Of a stretch of DNA of 64,000 nucleotides, positions 1-12,559 are shown piece by piece; the stretch's first letter is position 1; every line of letters starts with the position of its first letter. A program made the translations under genes and the position numbers. The stretch lies in contig OX597830.1 of assembly GCA_951406725.2 (NCBI GenBank), positions 73,842,001 to 73,906,000 on the forward strand, read 5' to 3'. Source of the stretch: Octopus vulgaris. Taxonomy: Eukaryota. The notes under the pieces were generated by a model, which worked only from the letters and a program-made list of their open reading frames with translations, had not been told where the DNA came from and made no database searches.

Positions 1-47
<47 letters not shown>

Positions 48-261
48 ATATCTATCTATCTGGCTGGCTGGCAGGTTGGCTAGCTGTCTGGTTTGCTGTA
101 AGGCTGGTTGACTGAATGGCCCTTATAGTATCTGTCTGTCTCTCGCTTTTATCTTACCTATATTTTTGTCCATCAATATATTTTTTTTTACCTTCCTGTA
201 TATCTTATCTGTCTGTAAATCTGTCTGTTTTCTCTCTGACTCTCTGTCCCCCTCTCTCTTC

Positions 262-345
<84 letters not shown>

Positions 346-358
346 GCGTGTGTGTGTG

Positions 359-389
<31 letters not shown>

Positions 390-431
390 GCATATTTACA
401 TATCACATTTTTTTAACACGCAATATCTCTA

Positions 432-598
432 TACCTATATCTTTACTACCTACAAGGGGCTAAACACAGACGGGACAAACAAGGACAGACAAACGGATTA
501 AGTCGATTATATCGACCCCAGTGCGTAACTGGTACTTAATTTATCGACCCCGAAAGGATGAAAAGCAAAGTCGACCTCGGCGGAATTTGAACTCAGAG
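432..598 (-). mobile_element. SINE family A fragment (tRNA-like head, GCCGAGGTCGACTTTGCCTTTCATCC core)
   Basis: Reverse complement matches the copies at 22706, 34515 and 62968; head truncated. Confidence 0.85.
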
Positions 599-804
599 GT
601 ACCAACGTACCTATCTACTTCCCTACAAATTTGGCTATCAATTTTCCTCTATTTGTTTTAACTTTTACAATATTTTATCAGTTTCCTTTATTGCTTTAAA
701 ATATCATCTCTTTTTACGCTCCACGCACTATTTCACATCTGCCTCTCTCTCCCTCCCTCTCTTTCTGTCTCATGCTCCCTTCTCTTGTCTTATATATCTG
801 ATGA

Positions 805-1194
805 GTGGAGGCGCAATGGCCCAGTGGTTAGGGCAGCGGACTCGCGGTCATAGGATCGCGGCTTCGATTCCCAGACCGGGCGTTGTGAGTGTTTATTGAG
901 CGAAAACACCTAAAAAGCTCCACGAGGCTCCGACAGGGGATGGTGGTGATCCCTGCTGTATTCTTTCACCACAACTTTCTCTCACTTTTACTTCCTGTTT
1001 CTGTTGTACCTGTATTTCAAGGGGCCGGCCTTGTCACTCTCTGTGTCACGCTGAATATCCCCAAGAACTACGTTAAGGGTGCACGTGTCTGTGGAGTGCT
1101 CAGCCACTTACACGTTAATTTCACGAGCAGGCTGTTCCGTTGATTCGGATCAACCGGAACCCTCGTCGTCGTAACCGACGGAGTGCTTCCATCC
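805..1194 (+). mobile_element. Full-length tRNA-derived SINE, family B
   Basis: A box TGGCCCAGTGG and B-box-like GCTTCGATTCC; 11-bp TSD ATATCTGATGA at 794-804 and 1195-1205; near-identical copy at 32082. Confidence 0.9.
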
Positions 1195-1770
1195 ATATCT
1201 GATGAAAGCCTAATATCCGAAAAGTTAAGATACTCCATTTCTTATTCTGAAGCGTCAAACTAATAACATATTCATCGCTATGTCTCCTTTGGTTATTGTT
1301 TTTGGTTCTTTCTCATGTTGAATCCTTCCTCCACCTAATTACTAAAGATAAATATCGCTTAAAATTATATTTTAATCACCATATTTAAAACTAATATTGG
1401 TATTTCTGATATTGTTATAGGAAATTATGTACAACCTCAATGTATTGCATAAATATATTATTCAAATTTATAATTAAATTATAAATTCAATAATCCAGAA
1501 CCATTTTCTTAATTCTTTCGTGTCATTTCATCCCTCATTTTTTTCTGTTTGACTTTTATTTATATTTCCTATTGATTATTGATTATTGTATCACTTTAAT
1601 TACAATTTCTTTTCTTCATAATTTTTCTTACATTTCACTTCTTTACCGTTTTCTTCCTATACATATATGCGTGTATGTACAAGCACACACGCACACACAC
1701 ACACACACACACATCTATGCATGTTTGTGTGTATGCATGATGTATATGCATACATCTAAAGCTCTCGCTT

Positions 1771-1839
<69 letters not shown>

Positions 1840-1871
1840 GTATACATACATATATATATATATATATATAC

Positions 1872-2008
1872 TCTTTTACTCTTTTACTTGTTTCAGTCAT
1901 TTGACTGTGGCCATGCTGCGGCACCGCCTTTAGTCGTGCAAATCGTCTTCAGGACTTATTCTTTGTAAGCCTAGTACTTATTCTATCGATCTCATTTGCC
2001 GAACCGTT
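1872..2008 (-). mobile_element. SINE family C, 3' fragment
   Basis: Matches the tail GGCGGTGCTCCAGCATGGCCGCAGTCAAATGACTGAAACAAGTAAAAGAG of the full copy at 43793. Confidence 0.85.
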
Positions 2009-2025
2009 AATATATATATATATAT

Positions 2026-2333
2026 ACTGCAACAGCTTGGGTTTCAGAGGACCACAGCTCTTTAACATCCTCCCTAAATGCCTGAGAGACTTACATGGTG
2101 TGGATGTGGGTTTCTTTAAAACTAAACTGGATCTCTTCTTGTTGGGAGTCCCAGATGAACCTACCTCACGACAGGAGACGCGGATGCGGGCAGCAGCATC
2201 GAACTCCCTTGTTGATCAAGTGCCACGTATCAGAGGTGGATTCACAAATTAGTGTAGCTCATTCAGCGGTGGTGCCCCAGCATGGCCGCGGCCTTGGGGC
2301 TAAAACATTTTTAAGGATTTAAGGATTTAAGGA
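2026..2333 (+). mobile_element. 3' end of a CR1/L2-group LINE
   Basis: Translates CNSLGFRGPQLFNILP...FKTKLDLFL..VPDEP..RAAASNSLVDQ, typical of an ORF2 C-terminus; followed by a short UTR and (TTTAAGGA)n tail. Confidence 0.75.
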
Positions 2334-2369
2334 TATATATATATATATAAGTAATGAGAAGATGGATTT

Positions 2370-2578
2370 AGTATTAAACTTTATTATCTACATACCTACA
2401 TCTATATGTATATATACATGCATATATGGGTACAGGACATCAAAAAAACGTTGAACACAATGAGAAACGGAAACACAAAAACAAAACCATGGAAACGAAA
2501 TTTTATTCAAACAACGAAAAAACAGAGTACAGTACATACAACGCAAGGATTATTCGCCTTCTTCAGTTGTCCCTGTTT
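2370..2578 (-). mobile_element. Penelope pLTR-like repeat split by a LINE (resumes at 4895-4911)
   Basis: Homologous to 49120-49340 and 33280-33430; the expected continuation CGTCTACTCCGCGTT appears directly after the LINE; Penelope assignment is inferred. Confidence 0.55.
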
Positions 2579-4894
2579 AGTAGATAGTTAATTTGGCTCA
2601 AAAGCAAATAGCAAGGCCATGTAGGGGGACATGGAGTTAAGTACAGGGTGGTGTTCATGTAAAGAGTTCAGGCCACTTGAGGTCAAGGGAGACTTTGAAC
2701 AAAGCGGTCGTCGGCATCTTTACCATCTCGTCTGGCAGCTTGTTCCACGGATCCGCAACCCGGACGGAGAAAGCTCCTCTCCTTCGATTGAGAGGAAATC
2801 GTCGCAGGTAGAGCTTTTCGGAATGACCCCGCAGCTGACGCTCTGGAGCAGGAGTGAAGAACAGCTCTTTCGAGAGGTTACACTTTCCGCTTATGATGTT
2901 GTGGGCGAGAATGAGATCACCACGGCGGCGGCGTTTTTCAAGAGAATAAAGGTCGAGCGTCCTCAGCCTTTCTTCGTAGGACAAATTTTTGAGACCATGA
3001 ACCATGCGGGTAGCCAGCTTCTGGACTCTTTCGAGATGCTGTATGTCTTTGAGGAGATAAGGAGAAGAGGCTTGAATCCCATACTCCAATATGGGTCTCA
3101 CCAGCGTGACATAGAGTGGTAGGAATATGGCTGCTGTGAGCATTCCGAATGACCGTCGAATCAAGAACAGAATTCCGCGTGCTTTGTTGGCAGCATGGAC
3201 GCACTGGGCCGAAGGCGAAAAGGAGGAATCCACCAAGATACCTAGGTCCTTTACCTGATCGGTCCTCTCCAGCAGCAGACGACCCGGCTCGAAATCAAGT
3301 TGAGTTGCAGGAGTAGAGCCGACAGGCAAATGACAGCACGTTGACACGTTCAGACACAGGTCCCAATCGTTAGACCACTTCCAAATTTGGTGGAGACATC
3401 GACGAAGATCCTCTAAATTACCGCGAGGAGCGACCAGTTTGATATCGTCGGCAAATAGAAGGGTATGTTGCGTGAGGTCGTCGGGCAAGTCATTTATGAA
3501 GACTAAGAACAACAAGGGCCCAAGCACTGAACCTTGAGGCACGCCACTGCTCGCACTGGAGACGTCGGACCGCGAACCATTAACTTGGACTTGGAAGGAG
3601 CGATCTGAGAGGAAGGCACCAACCCATCGTACAATATCCGGATGGAAACTATATGCCTGAAGCTTGACAAGTAATAGGCGGTGGTTTACCGAGTCAAAAG
3701 CTTTGGCAAAGTCCAGTAAAACAATGTCAACAGCATCACTATCATCGAGGATGCGCGTCACCAATTCTTCCATTACTAGTAAGTTGGTCAAGCATGATCT
3801 CTTCGGCACGAAGCCGTGTTGGGAATCAGAGATAGAGGCTGTGTTTAGGAGGTGGATAATCATACTTTTCTTAAGGATGGTTTCGAACATCTTGCTGATT
3901 ATTGATGTAAGGGAAACCGGTCGGTAGTTAAGCGGGTCTTCGCGGCTCCCTTTCTTGAAAATTGGGCAGATTATCGCTGTTCTCCAGTCTGCAGGTATAA
4001 CACCCGTCGCCAATGACATATTGAATAGTCGCGTTAAGGGCTCGCAGATGACCGGAGCCAACGCTTTGATAACCCGTGGGTGTATGCCGTCAGGGCCGTG
4101 ACCCTTGTTGACATCGAGGCCTTGAATAACACGTTTGACTTCGTCCCGCGTGATGACCAATCGAAGCATTGGAGGTACCGATCTATCAAATGGAGGGGGT
4201 TCACGACCATCATCTTGTTTGAAAATAGTTGAAAAAGCCTCGGCAAATAATTGACTCTGTTGATAAGGGTCCTCAATCAATACGCCTGTTGAGTCTACCA
4301 ACGTTGAAATCTGGTTGTTCAAGCGGGAATTCCGCTGGACATGGGCAAAGAAGGTTTTTGGATTGCTACTGGAATTTGCTGCGATTTTGTATTCATAACT
4401 GAAGCGTTCTTTCTTTTCGATTTTCACGGCTCGGTCTCGTTGTGTTTTGTACACCTCAAAAGCTGCAGTCGAATCCAGATTTTTGAATTCAGCCCAAGCA
4501 ATATCTCTGAGTCGACGTTCTCGTTTAACCCTCTTCGTCACCCAGGGCTTGTGTTTCTTCCTCTTGGGAAGCCCAACGGGAACTGCCTGGTCAGTCAGAC
4601 AGATTACATATGCTTTGAGGGATGACCATAGTTCGTCAACTGAGGACAACGTCATCAGGGATCGCCAGTCCAGAAGCGCGGAAGCCTCGGTTAGAATTTC
4701 AAGATTAATTGCAGAGAAGACTCTACGTGGCAGCGAAGTAGTCGTGGGCGCAGAAAAAGTTGTGTGCATGACGAACTTCAGGACCGCATGATCACTCTTG
4801 GCAAGAGGGGCGCACACAGATACGTCTGACACTGATCTTGGATAGCGGGAGAATACCAGATCTAGCATAGATGGCTGCTGCCCAGACCGATGCC
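2579..4894 (-). mobile_element. 5'-truncated CR1-clade non-LTR retrotransposon
   Basis: Uninterrupted ORF2 portion plus ~75-bp 3' UTR; sharp compositional boundaries against AT-rich flanks. Confidence 0.92.
2655..4868 (-). CDS. LINE ORF2, partial: C-terminal APE endonuclease plus reverse transcriptase
   Basis: 737 aa: LDLVF..SDH (APE end), GPDGI, NYRPVSLTS, QHGF, DFAKAFDSV, GVPQGSVLGPLLF, LFADD, KDLG; frame stays open upstream (HRSGQQPS) to the truncation point. Confidence 0.93.
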   Translation of the reverse strand: MLDLVFSRYPRSVSDVSVCAPLAKSDHAVLKFVMHTTFSAPTTTSLPRRVFSAINLEILTEASALLDWRSLMTLSSVDELWSSLKAYVICLTDQAVPVGLPKRKKHKPWVTKRVKRERRLRDIAWAEFKNLDSTAAFEVYKTQRDRAVKIEKKERFSYEYKIAANSSSNPKTFFAHVQRNSRLNNQISTLVDSTGVLIEDPYQQSQLFAEAFSTIFKQDDGREPPPFDRSVPPMLRLVITRDEVKRVIQGLDVNKGHGPDGIHPRVIKALAPVICEPLTRLFNMSLATGVIPADWRTAIICPIFKKGSREDPLNYRPVSLTSIISKMFETILKKSMIIHLLNTASISDSQHGFVPKRSCLTNLLVMEELVTRILDDSDAVDIVLLDFAKAFDSVNHRLLLVKLQAYSFHPDIVRWVGAFLSDRSFQVQVNGSRSDVSSASSGVPQGSVLGPLLFLVFINDLPDDLTQHTLLFADDIKLVAPRGNLEDLRRCLHQIWKWSNDWDLCLNVSTCCHLPVGSTPATQLDFEPGRLLLERTDQVKDLGILVDSSFSPSAQCVHAANKARGILFLIRRSFGMLTAAIFLPLYVTLVRPILEYGIQASSPYLLKDIQHLERVQKLATRMVHGLKNLSYEERLRTLDLYSLEKRRRRGDLILAHNIISGKCNLSKELFFTPAPERQLRGHSEKLYLRRFPLNRRRGAFSVRVADPWNKLPDEMVKMPTTALFKVSLDLKWPELFT

Positions 4895-4913
4895 TTCGTC
4901 TACTCCGCGTTAA

Positions 4914-4945
<32 letters not shown>

Positions 4946-5442
4946 TTATAGAAGGAGCTTCTGAGTACCTTATTTACTGTGGTTAACCCCGACTCAACCC
5001 GGGACCTACATATATATATGTATATGTGTGTGTATATATATGTATGTATGTATGTATGTATGCATGCATGTATGTAGCTATGCATATCAGAAAATATACC
5101 CACTAGTAGATGTAAAACTGCTACTGTTACCTTCAGGGTCTCACCACATAGATTTTCATAACGTAGTCTGTTTCAATTATTGGTGTTAATTAATTGCTAT
5201 ACTTAGTAGCGCTACCAATTACGAATTACATAGCAAATGTATGGAAAATGCGGTGAAACGTTGATTTATATCAAAGTTCCTGCGCGCGGTTCACTGTTAT
5301 AATTCTGTGAAGCTTTGCGATGGATGTTTCAACTGCATCCAGATGCTCAAACACAACGAATCCTCAGGGAACACTTTATTGGATTAACCTACCACAAGGG
5401 AGAAACACGCATAGGAATTGTATATGTGTGTGAGTGTGTGTG

Positions 5443-5500
<58 letters not shown>

Positions 5501-5749
5501 CAGACCATTCTTATATGTATTGTGTTGACATTTTTATAAATAAGTGCTCTACGAATACAAAACATAAGACCATACGGAGTGTAGATGAGTATATTTCTCA
5601 GGGGTCGGTTTATTAGAGACATCATGTCATAACACTGAATGTTGTTGCATGGTAGTTTTATAAGTGGTATAAATAATCATGACATATTGCCTACAGAAAT
5701 CAAAGGAGGACACACACACACAAGAACAGGATCATTGTATGTATGTACG

Positions 5750-5812
<63 letters not shown>

Positions 5813-6154
5813 CCATGAACACATAATTTCCCCGTGACTTGAAAGAATTCTTAAATGTTAATAGATTTGTCAAATTCTATAGACATTTGTCAATGCCTCA
5901 CTATAACTCTTTTTAATTCCTCTCTCCCTCTCTCCTTATATATATGTGTATATATATATATATATATAATGTTCGTAGGTAATGGTTTTATATATGATTA
6001 TTGATATATTACTATATGTAATATGTGTGCCTTTGAACATCTATACATATCTTTTTATCTGCCAATCTACCTATATGCCTATCGATATATGTGTGGTTGT
6101 GTGTATCTGTGTGTGTGTATGTATCTGTGTGTGTGTTTATATAGACATACTCAT

Positions 6155-6219
<65 letters not shown>

Positions 6220-6457
6220 TATACATACCTTCTATGCGCATATATACAGTCACCTGCACATGGAATCTCCCTCAGTATATAGGCCACCCACTAACTCACA
6301 TATGCGCACACACACGTACACAAACACAAAAATATAACAATATTTATCAAAAAACATGCCACCAACGCTAGTATCTCAAATCAAATATATTAGTTTGCCA
6401 CCCACAATAGTAAACCATTCTCCCCAGAACTTACTCATAGCCCTCTGTCCATCTATC

Positions 6458-6517
<60 letters not shown>

Positions 6518-6521
6518 AGTG

Positions 6522-6571
<50 letters not shown>

Positions 6572-6964
6572 CGTTTATATATCGACATAGCATGTTTGTA
6601 GTAAACGTTTCTTTTATATAAACCAATTAAGTTTTAGAGTCAAAACTTTGGGGCCACAGTTTCTTGTTTTAATAATATATCTTTAGTAAAATTACTAGTC
6701 ACAGACTTGTGATTATTAAACGAAGCCAAAACATCATTTGTTTAGCTTGGTTATATTTCATAGCATATGTTTGTGTTTATCCATTGAAATTGTGTGTGAT
6801 GTTGCAGATAGTAATGGTGGTAGTAAGGTCGTTTCTGTTGATAAAGATAATAACCAAGTAACTGTACATACACACATATATGTTAGTATATGTTAGAGAA
6901 TATATGTATGTATAACTGCAGATTTGCTTGTGTATGTAAATACATACACGCATTGACATATATG

Positions 6965-7219
6965 TGGAGGCACATGGCCTAGTGGTTAGAGCAGCGGACT
7001 CGCGGTCGAGGGATCGCAGGTTCGAATCTCAGATCGGCTCCGGCAGAAGGTAATGGCGGAACTTCTGCTTACTCTTTCGCCACAACTTTCTCTCACTCTT
7101 TCCTCTTGCAGCTCACCTGCGATGGACCGGCGTCCCATCCAGGTGGGGAACCTATACTCCAAGAAACCGGGAATCCGGCCCTATGAGCCAGGCATTGCTC
7201 GAGAAGGAACAAGCAACAA
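6965..7219 (+). mobile_element. tRNA-derived SINE, family B' (B-type head, different tail)
   Basis: A/B boxes TGGCCTAGTGG and GTTCGAATC; 14-bp TSD CATTGACATATATG at 6951-6964 and 7220-7233; second copy at 63523. Confidence 0.88.
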
Positions 7220-7704
7220 CATTGACATATATGCGTCCGCATATATGCGTATCTCAGAGGAGAGAGAGAGAAGGAGAGAGAGGCGGAGAGAGGGGGAGAG
7301 ACAGACAGAGAGAGACAAGAGAGAAAGACTGACGGACAAAGACAGATATATCGATAGATAGGTAGTTAGATAAATAGATTGATTGAATGACTAACTGATT
7401 GATTTATGATACATATACAAATAGATATGAAGATATATATGTCATTGTACTACAAAATCTGTGAAGGGTTTAAATGTTTGTAGACAATCATCCAAGCAAT
7501 GCAGGTGAGATAGCGCGTGTGTAAAAGAAGGCAAGATATTACACATCTTGTTTGGCGTGTGTCCGCTTCATATAGAAGAACAGCCTACTGGTCACAACAT
7601 TTTTCTCTAAACTCTGATTATTTTAATCTGCTATTTAAAAAGGGACATCTTTTCTGAAATTCTATAGGGTCGTTAAGCATGTTACATAAGGTAGTACAAT
7701 ATCT

Positions 7705-8191
7705 TTTCGTCTGCCTTTACGTTCTGAGTTCAAATTCGACAGAGGTCGACGTTACCTTTCATCTTATCTGGAGTCGTTAAATTAAGTACCAGTTGCGTGC
7801 TGGGGACGATATAATTGACTTCCCCCTCCCACCAAAATTTCGGGCCTTGTGCCTAGAGTAGAAAAGATTATCTTTCTTCTCTATTTTCATTTATTGGCGT
7901 CACCTTGCGTATTACATGCATAAATGTGTGTGTGAGTGTGTCAATGTGTGTGTGTATGGTCGCGCTTGTGTATGTATTTCACTACTGCCCACAAGGGGCT
8001 AAACACAGAGGGGACAAACGGATTATGTCGATTACATCGACCCGAGGGCGTAACTGGTACTTAATTTATCGACCCCAAGAGGATGAAAGGCAAAGTCGAC
8101 CTCGGCGGAATTTGAACTCAGAACGTAACGGCAGACGAAATACGGCTACGCAATTCGCCCGGCGTGCTAACGTTTCTGCCAGCTCGCCGCC
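7705..8191. mobile_element. Two family A SINE copies (7705-7870 + diverged; 7975-8191 -)
   Basis: GTTCAAATT..GAGGTCGAC core present in both orientations. Confidence 0.8.
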
Positions 8192-9037
8192 TTGCTTGTG
8201 TATGTGTATGCTTGTACATATACCTTTTACTTGTTTCAGTTAATAGCCTGCGGTCATACTGGGGCACAGTCTTCAAGAATTTTTAGTCGAATAAAGAGTA
8301 AAAGAGCATATAGAAACGAAGGGATGATTGAGAGAGAGACAGAAAAAGAAAAAAATTTCTTACATAGTTCTTAATCTTCTCAATGTTATTTCTCTCCTTA
8401 AATATTTCTCCTCCTATCTTTCCTACGAAGGCTTCAACGTTTTTGCCCTGCGTTTTGGTCATCTGTGTAGTCACATTTCCATGTTCTCGCTACAGATCGC
8501 CGCAGTCCCTCTCTCCCTGCATACACAAGCAGTATTTCACACTTAGACACTTTAAAGAAGAACCACCACCTGCGCCGCTAACCCCACTAGGTTTATTTCA
8601 CCGAAAGTGAAAAACTAAGTATATACAACGCACGAACCCCACACATAGAAGAAACATAGCCCCATGACGAACTACATGATCACACGAGCATACGAACATC
8701 ATATACACCCAGATATTAATATAATATATTGCAAGGAAGTTTGACTATTTTCCCAAACTTGGAAAGCAAGGGAGATAAACACCCAAAAGGTGTCATTCCA
8801 AGAGTAGCACACCTTGTTTTATTGTCTTCTTTACGAGACTTTCTGAAAATTTACGAGACTTTGTGTTTTCATCCAATATGGAGACGAACACCATTCCTCC
8901 ATGTGATTGGCTTGAAAAATTGTTAAGTTATTAAAATGTTTTTCTTAACATGGCACCAATGGTAACCTTAATGCACAGATAAAGAAATTCTATCCACCAA
9001 TGCGGTTGTGAGCCCTCATGCTCGACGTTCGACATTT

Positions 9038-9080
<43 letters not shown>

Positions 9081-10269
9081 TGTGTGTGCGTGTGTGTGAG
9101 TGTGAGTGTGTGCTCGCAAATATCATGTTAGAAGCGTAGGTAGGGCTTAAACGCATCGCAATATTTGTACTTTGTTCTGAATCCTTCTCTCGTCATATCT
9201 ATTTGTAGATTTGAGTTTTTATGTGCAGTTGTGTGTGGGTGGGTTTGTGCTTGTGTGTGTTTATATGTCTGTATTTATCTGTGTGTATGAGTGAAGTGTG
9301 TGTGTATGTGTGTGTTTGTTTTAAGTCGTCAGTGAAGTGTATAATGTTCATAGAATATGAATGCACCATGAATTCAGAATCAATGATATAACTAAAAGTG
9401 AAATATGAAACAGCTGTAAACAAACGGAATTACATCTTATTTACCTCTAACTTTTTAATTAAATGCTATATGTGTATGCATGTGTGTGTGCTCGCAAATA
9501 TGTTAGAAGCGTAGATAGGGTTTAAACGCAAGGCAATATTTGTTCTTTGTTCTGAATCCTTAAGCAAAGGGAACCTTCTGTTTAACATTCCCATCTGGCC
9601 CTTAGGTGCGTTATGCGGCATTTCCATTGTTGCAGACACGTAGACCAGGTGTCTGCTTTGAAGTCATCGTCTTCTCTTTCTCTCACCACTCACGAAGGCC
9701 CTGAAAGAAGTACAGGATCATAGGTACTGCCCTTCCTTCTCTAACTAAGGGGTAAATATACGTGTTCCTTTTCTATATATGCATACACATACATACATAG
9801 CTGTGTGTGTGTGCATGTATGCATGTATGTATGTAAGAGAGATGCGTAAATGTACATGACATCAACAAAAACTGACAACAGCAACAAACACGACAAACTT
9901 CGGCACACGCCTCATGCGCATGAGATGACACCGTAACGGGGTGTTTGCGTGTTGGTAGTCACTATTGAATGTACCCCGGGTGGGTGTCCCATTATTGACG
10001 CATCGCTTGCTATACTCAATGACACAAGCAATTTCATTTTTTTTTCTATTTTTATTTTCAAGTCAGGTACACGAAATATAGCATAGATATATATCGTTCA
10101 CTTCTTTGAAACACGGTGTATGTGTATGTACATATACATATTCATACACACACCTATATATACTTACCGGTACACACGCACACACACACGCCCGCGCGCA
10201 CACATGTGTTTAGGCACGCATACACATAAACACACACGGCTCTGTGATTCAGATGTTTCCTTCCCTATC

Positions 10270-10389
10270 TCATGTTTCGGGATTCAGTTCAACTGCGTGG
10301 TACCTTGAGCAAGTTCATTTTAATATAGTCTCAGGGCGACCAAAGTCCTGCAAGTGTATTTGGTAAGCAGAAACTGAAAGAAGCTGCCG

Positions 10390-10431
<42 letters not shown>

Positions 10432-10870
10432 ATAAGAAGGCTTCCCTATCCCACACAGATAGGAAAGCCCTCTATTTTCTCTGTCGAGGGCTTATATGCC
10501 CCTTTATTAGACTATTTTCCTTAGTCATTGCATGGTGATCACCAGAAGCTTTAAGCTTATATAAAAATACCATTATTGTTACTTACAGGATTGTAAAAAC
10601 GGCACCGCATAAAAGCATTCGCACCGAAAGCATATACGTGTGTGTATGCGTGTATTCACATATATATTCATATACACATGTGTATGTGTTTGTGTCTTTG
10701 TATCTGCCCCACCATAATCTCTTGATAACCGGCATTGGTTTGTTTAATTTCCTGTGAACAAACACCGTACTACAAGAGTATATATATTTTCTATGGTCGA
10801 TTTGTTTGAGCTTTCCTTTCATGATGTTGCCCCAGTTTGGCCACAGTCTAATAACTGAAAAAGGTAAAAG
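10270..10870 (+). mobile_element. Degenerate family C SINE pieces (5' part ~10270-10395, 3' part ~10690-10870)
   Basis: CCTTGAGCAAG..GACCAAAG..GAAACTGAAAGAAGC, and later TTGATAACCG..ACTGAAA tail. Confidence 0.55.
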
Positions 10871-11100
10871 GAAATAAATACTTATATAAAGAGATAAAAA
10901 GAAAAACACAAGAATAGAAAGGTATGTTTGCAAATATCTATAATCAATACACGCAAAGATGAAAGCAGACATTATTTAGCTGCCCTCAGACAGAAGCATG
11001 CATACACGTGAGCGAAGGTGGAAAACTCTACGGATCGTTCGACCTACTAAAATTCTCATTAATTCTCCCGCATACCAATCCATAGGGTAAAAGTTTAAAG

Positions 11101-11410
11101 AGCCCCTTCTGTCAAGGATGGCCAATGGAATTGCGCCTAGAAAGTTATCCTCCCAGGCACAAGTCAGGGCACAAGGATGTCTATGGAAGAGCAGTAATCA
11201 CCCATGCTTACCAGCTTCCCCTCTCATCGGCACTGATGTTATCCAATGGAAAAGCGAAGACCGATACAGCTTGGCACCAGTGACGTCGAGACCCATTTCT
11301 ACAGCTGAGTGAACTAGAGCAACGTGAGATAAAGTATCCTGCTCTAGAATACAACTCACTACCTCATGAATGTGAGCCGAAAGCCCTAACCACTGAGCCA
11401 TGCGCCTTCA
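11101..11410 (-). mobile_element. tRNA-derived SINE, family D
   Basis: Head AAGGCGCATGGCTCAGTGGTTAG; colinear with 40298-40617. Confidence 0.85.
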
Positions 11411-11481
11411 TCATAACAATCCTTACCGTATTGTTTTAAATGTAGGGATGAACACATTGCAACAATGTGTGTAATGGTATA

Positions 11482-12025
11482 CAGTCATCCCTCGTTTATC
11501 GCGGTAGATTGGTTCCGAGACCGGCCGCGATAAATGAATTTCCGCGAAGTAGGGACACCATATTTACAGTATTTATTTAACGTGTATTTGGACTTTTAAA
11601 ACCCTCCCTGTACTCTTAACAACCCACCCATTACAGTAGTCTATTAATAACAAAGACAACTGTTAAGCAATAACACTTTAGATTAAAAAAATATAAAGAT
11701 TGTTATTGTACTCAACACGAAGGAAGTTGAAGTAAAATTTGAATGATGATGGTGATGAATTTGCTGTGCAGTAGAAACGACGATGATGAAGCTGGCGTCG
11801 GTGCCCTTTCCTATGACACCTCTTCCACTTCTTCCGAAGGTGCAGTCGTATTAGTAGCAGCAGGAACCATATCGTCGTCCCATTCCTGTGACCCCTCTTT
11901 CAATTCTTTAGCCAGGTTGCAGAGCCTGGCCAGCCGTTCCAAAGTCAAGCCAGTTTGGTCGACAACTTCTTCTGTTTCTTGCTGCGTTTCTTCTTCTTCT
12001 TCTTCTTCTTTGGATTTGATAACGT
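11482..12025 (-). mobile_element. Tigger/pogo-like DNA transposon, one-ended fragment
   Basis: TA-CAGTCATCCCTCG..TATCGCGG..GATTGGTTCC terminus; minus-strand acidic peptide EEEEEE..GLTLERLARL..AKELKE..EWD resembling pogo transposase C-termini; second TIR not seen. Confidence 0.7.
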
Positions 12026-12181
12026 TGGTTTTTAGTGTGTACTGTAACTGCATGTCAGAGAATGCCTTGTATGATATGCCTTATTTTGTTGGATATATTT
12101 ATGACAGAGCTTATGTTGGGGACAGCAACGTTGCTTTACTTAGAGTGATGAGTTATGTGTGTGTGTGTGTATGTGTGTGTT

Positions 12182-12214
<33 letters not shown>

Positions 12215-12465
12215 CTATGTGTGTGTGTGTCTGTGGTAGTGCAGATTCTTTACGATGTAAAGGAAGTTTTGTTGTAATGCTGATGAAGTCCCACTTTTGT
12301 TATCTGTATTATTTGAAAGCAAGAAGGTGTTGAGTGCATGGAATGCCTCCTACAATGAAGGTGCTTGTATGAGTGTTAACATGCTGCAGTTGCTGTGTGT
12401 AACGTGTTGTTAGGACCGTTGATGTGGTTGGTGCTGAAATATACATCCATACATCTCTGCCTGCA

Positions 12466-12519
<54 letters not shown>

Positions 12520-12559
12520 CATAATCTTGTACTTTGTATGATTGGGTCATATTTTGAAA

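Noticed and set aside
805-880. tRNA-like sequences at SINE heads (also 6965, 32082, 40298)
   Set aside because: No complete cloverleaf or acceptor stem, and they continue into SINE bodies with TSDs
2631-4791. Plus-strand ORFs overlapping the LINE
   Set aside because: Antisense shadows of ORF2
5318-5372. CUGAGGA...GAAACAUC hammerhead-like order on the minus strand (similar weak cases at ~13110, ~21880 and ~46680)
   Set aside because: Stems I and II do not pair convincingly
8283-8474. ORF MTTQMTKTQGKNVEAF as a host exon
   Set aside because: No recognisable homology, runs into a SINE fragment, and no partner exons were found
10437-10471. 14-bp hairpin as a terminator or Helitron end
   Set aside because: No adjacent CTRR end or other supporting context
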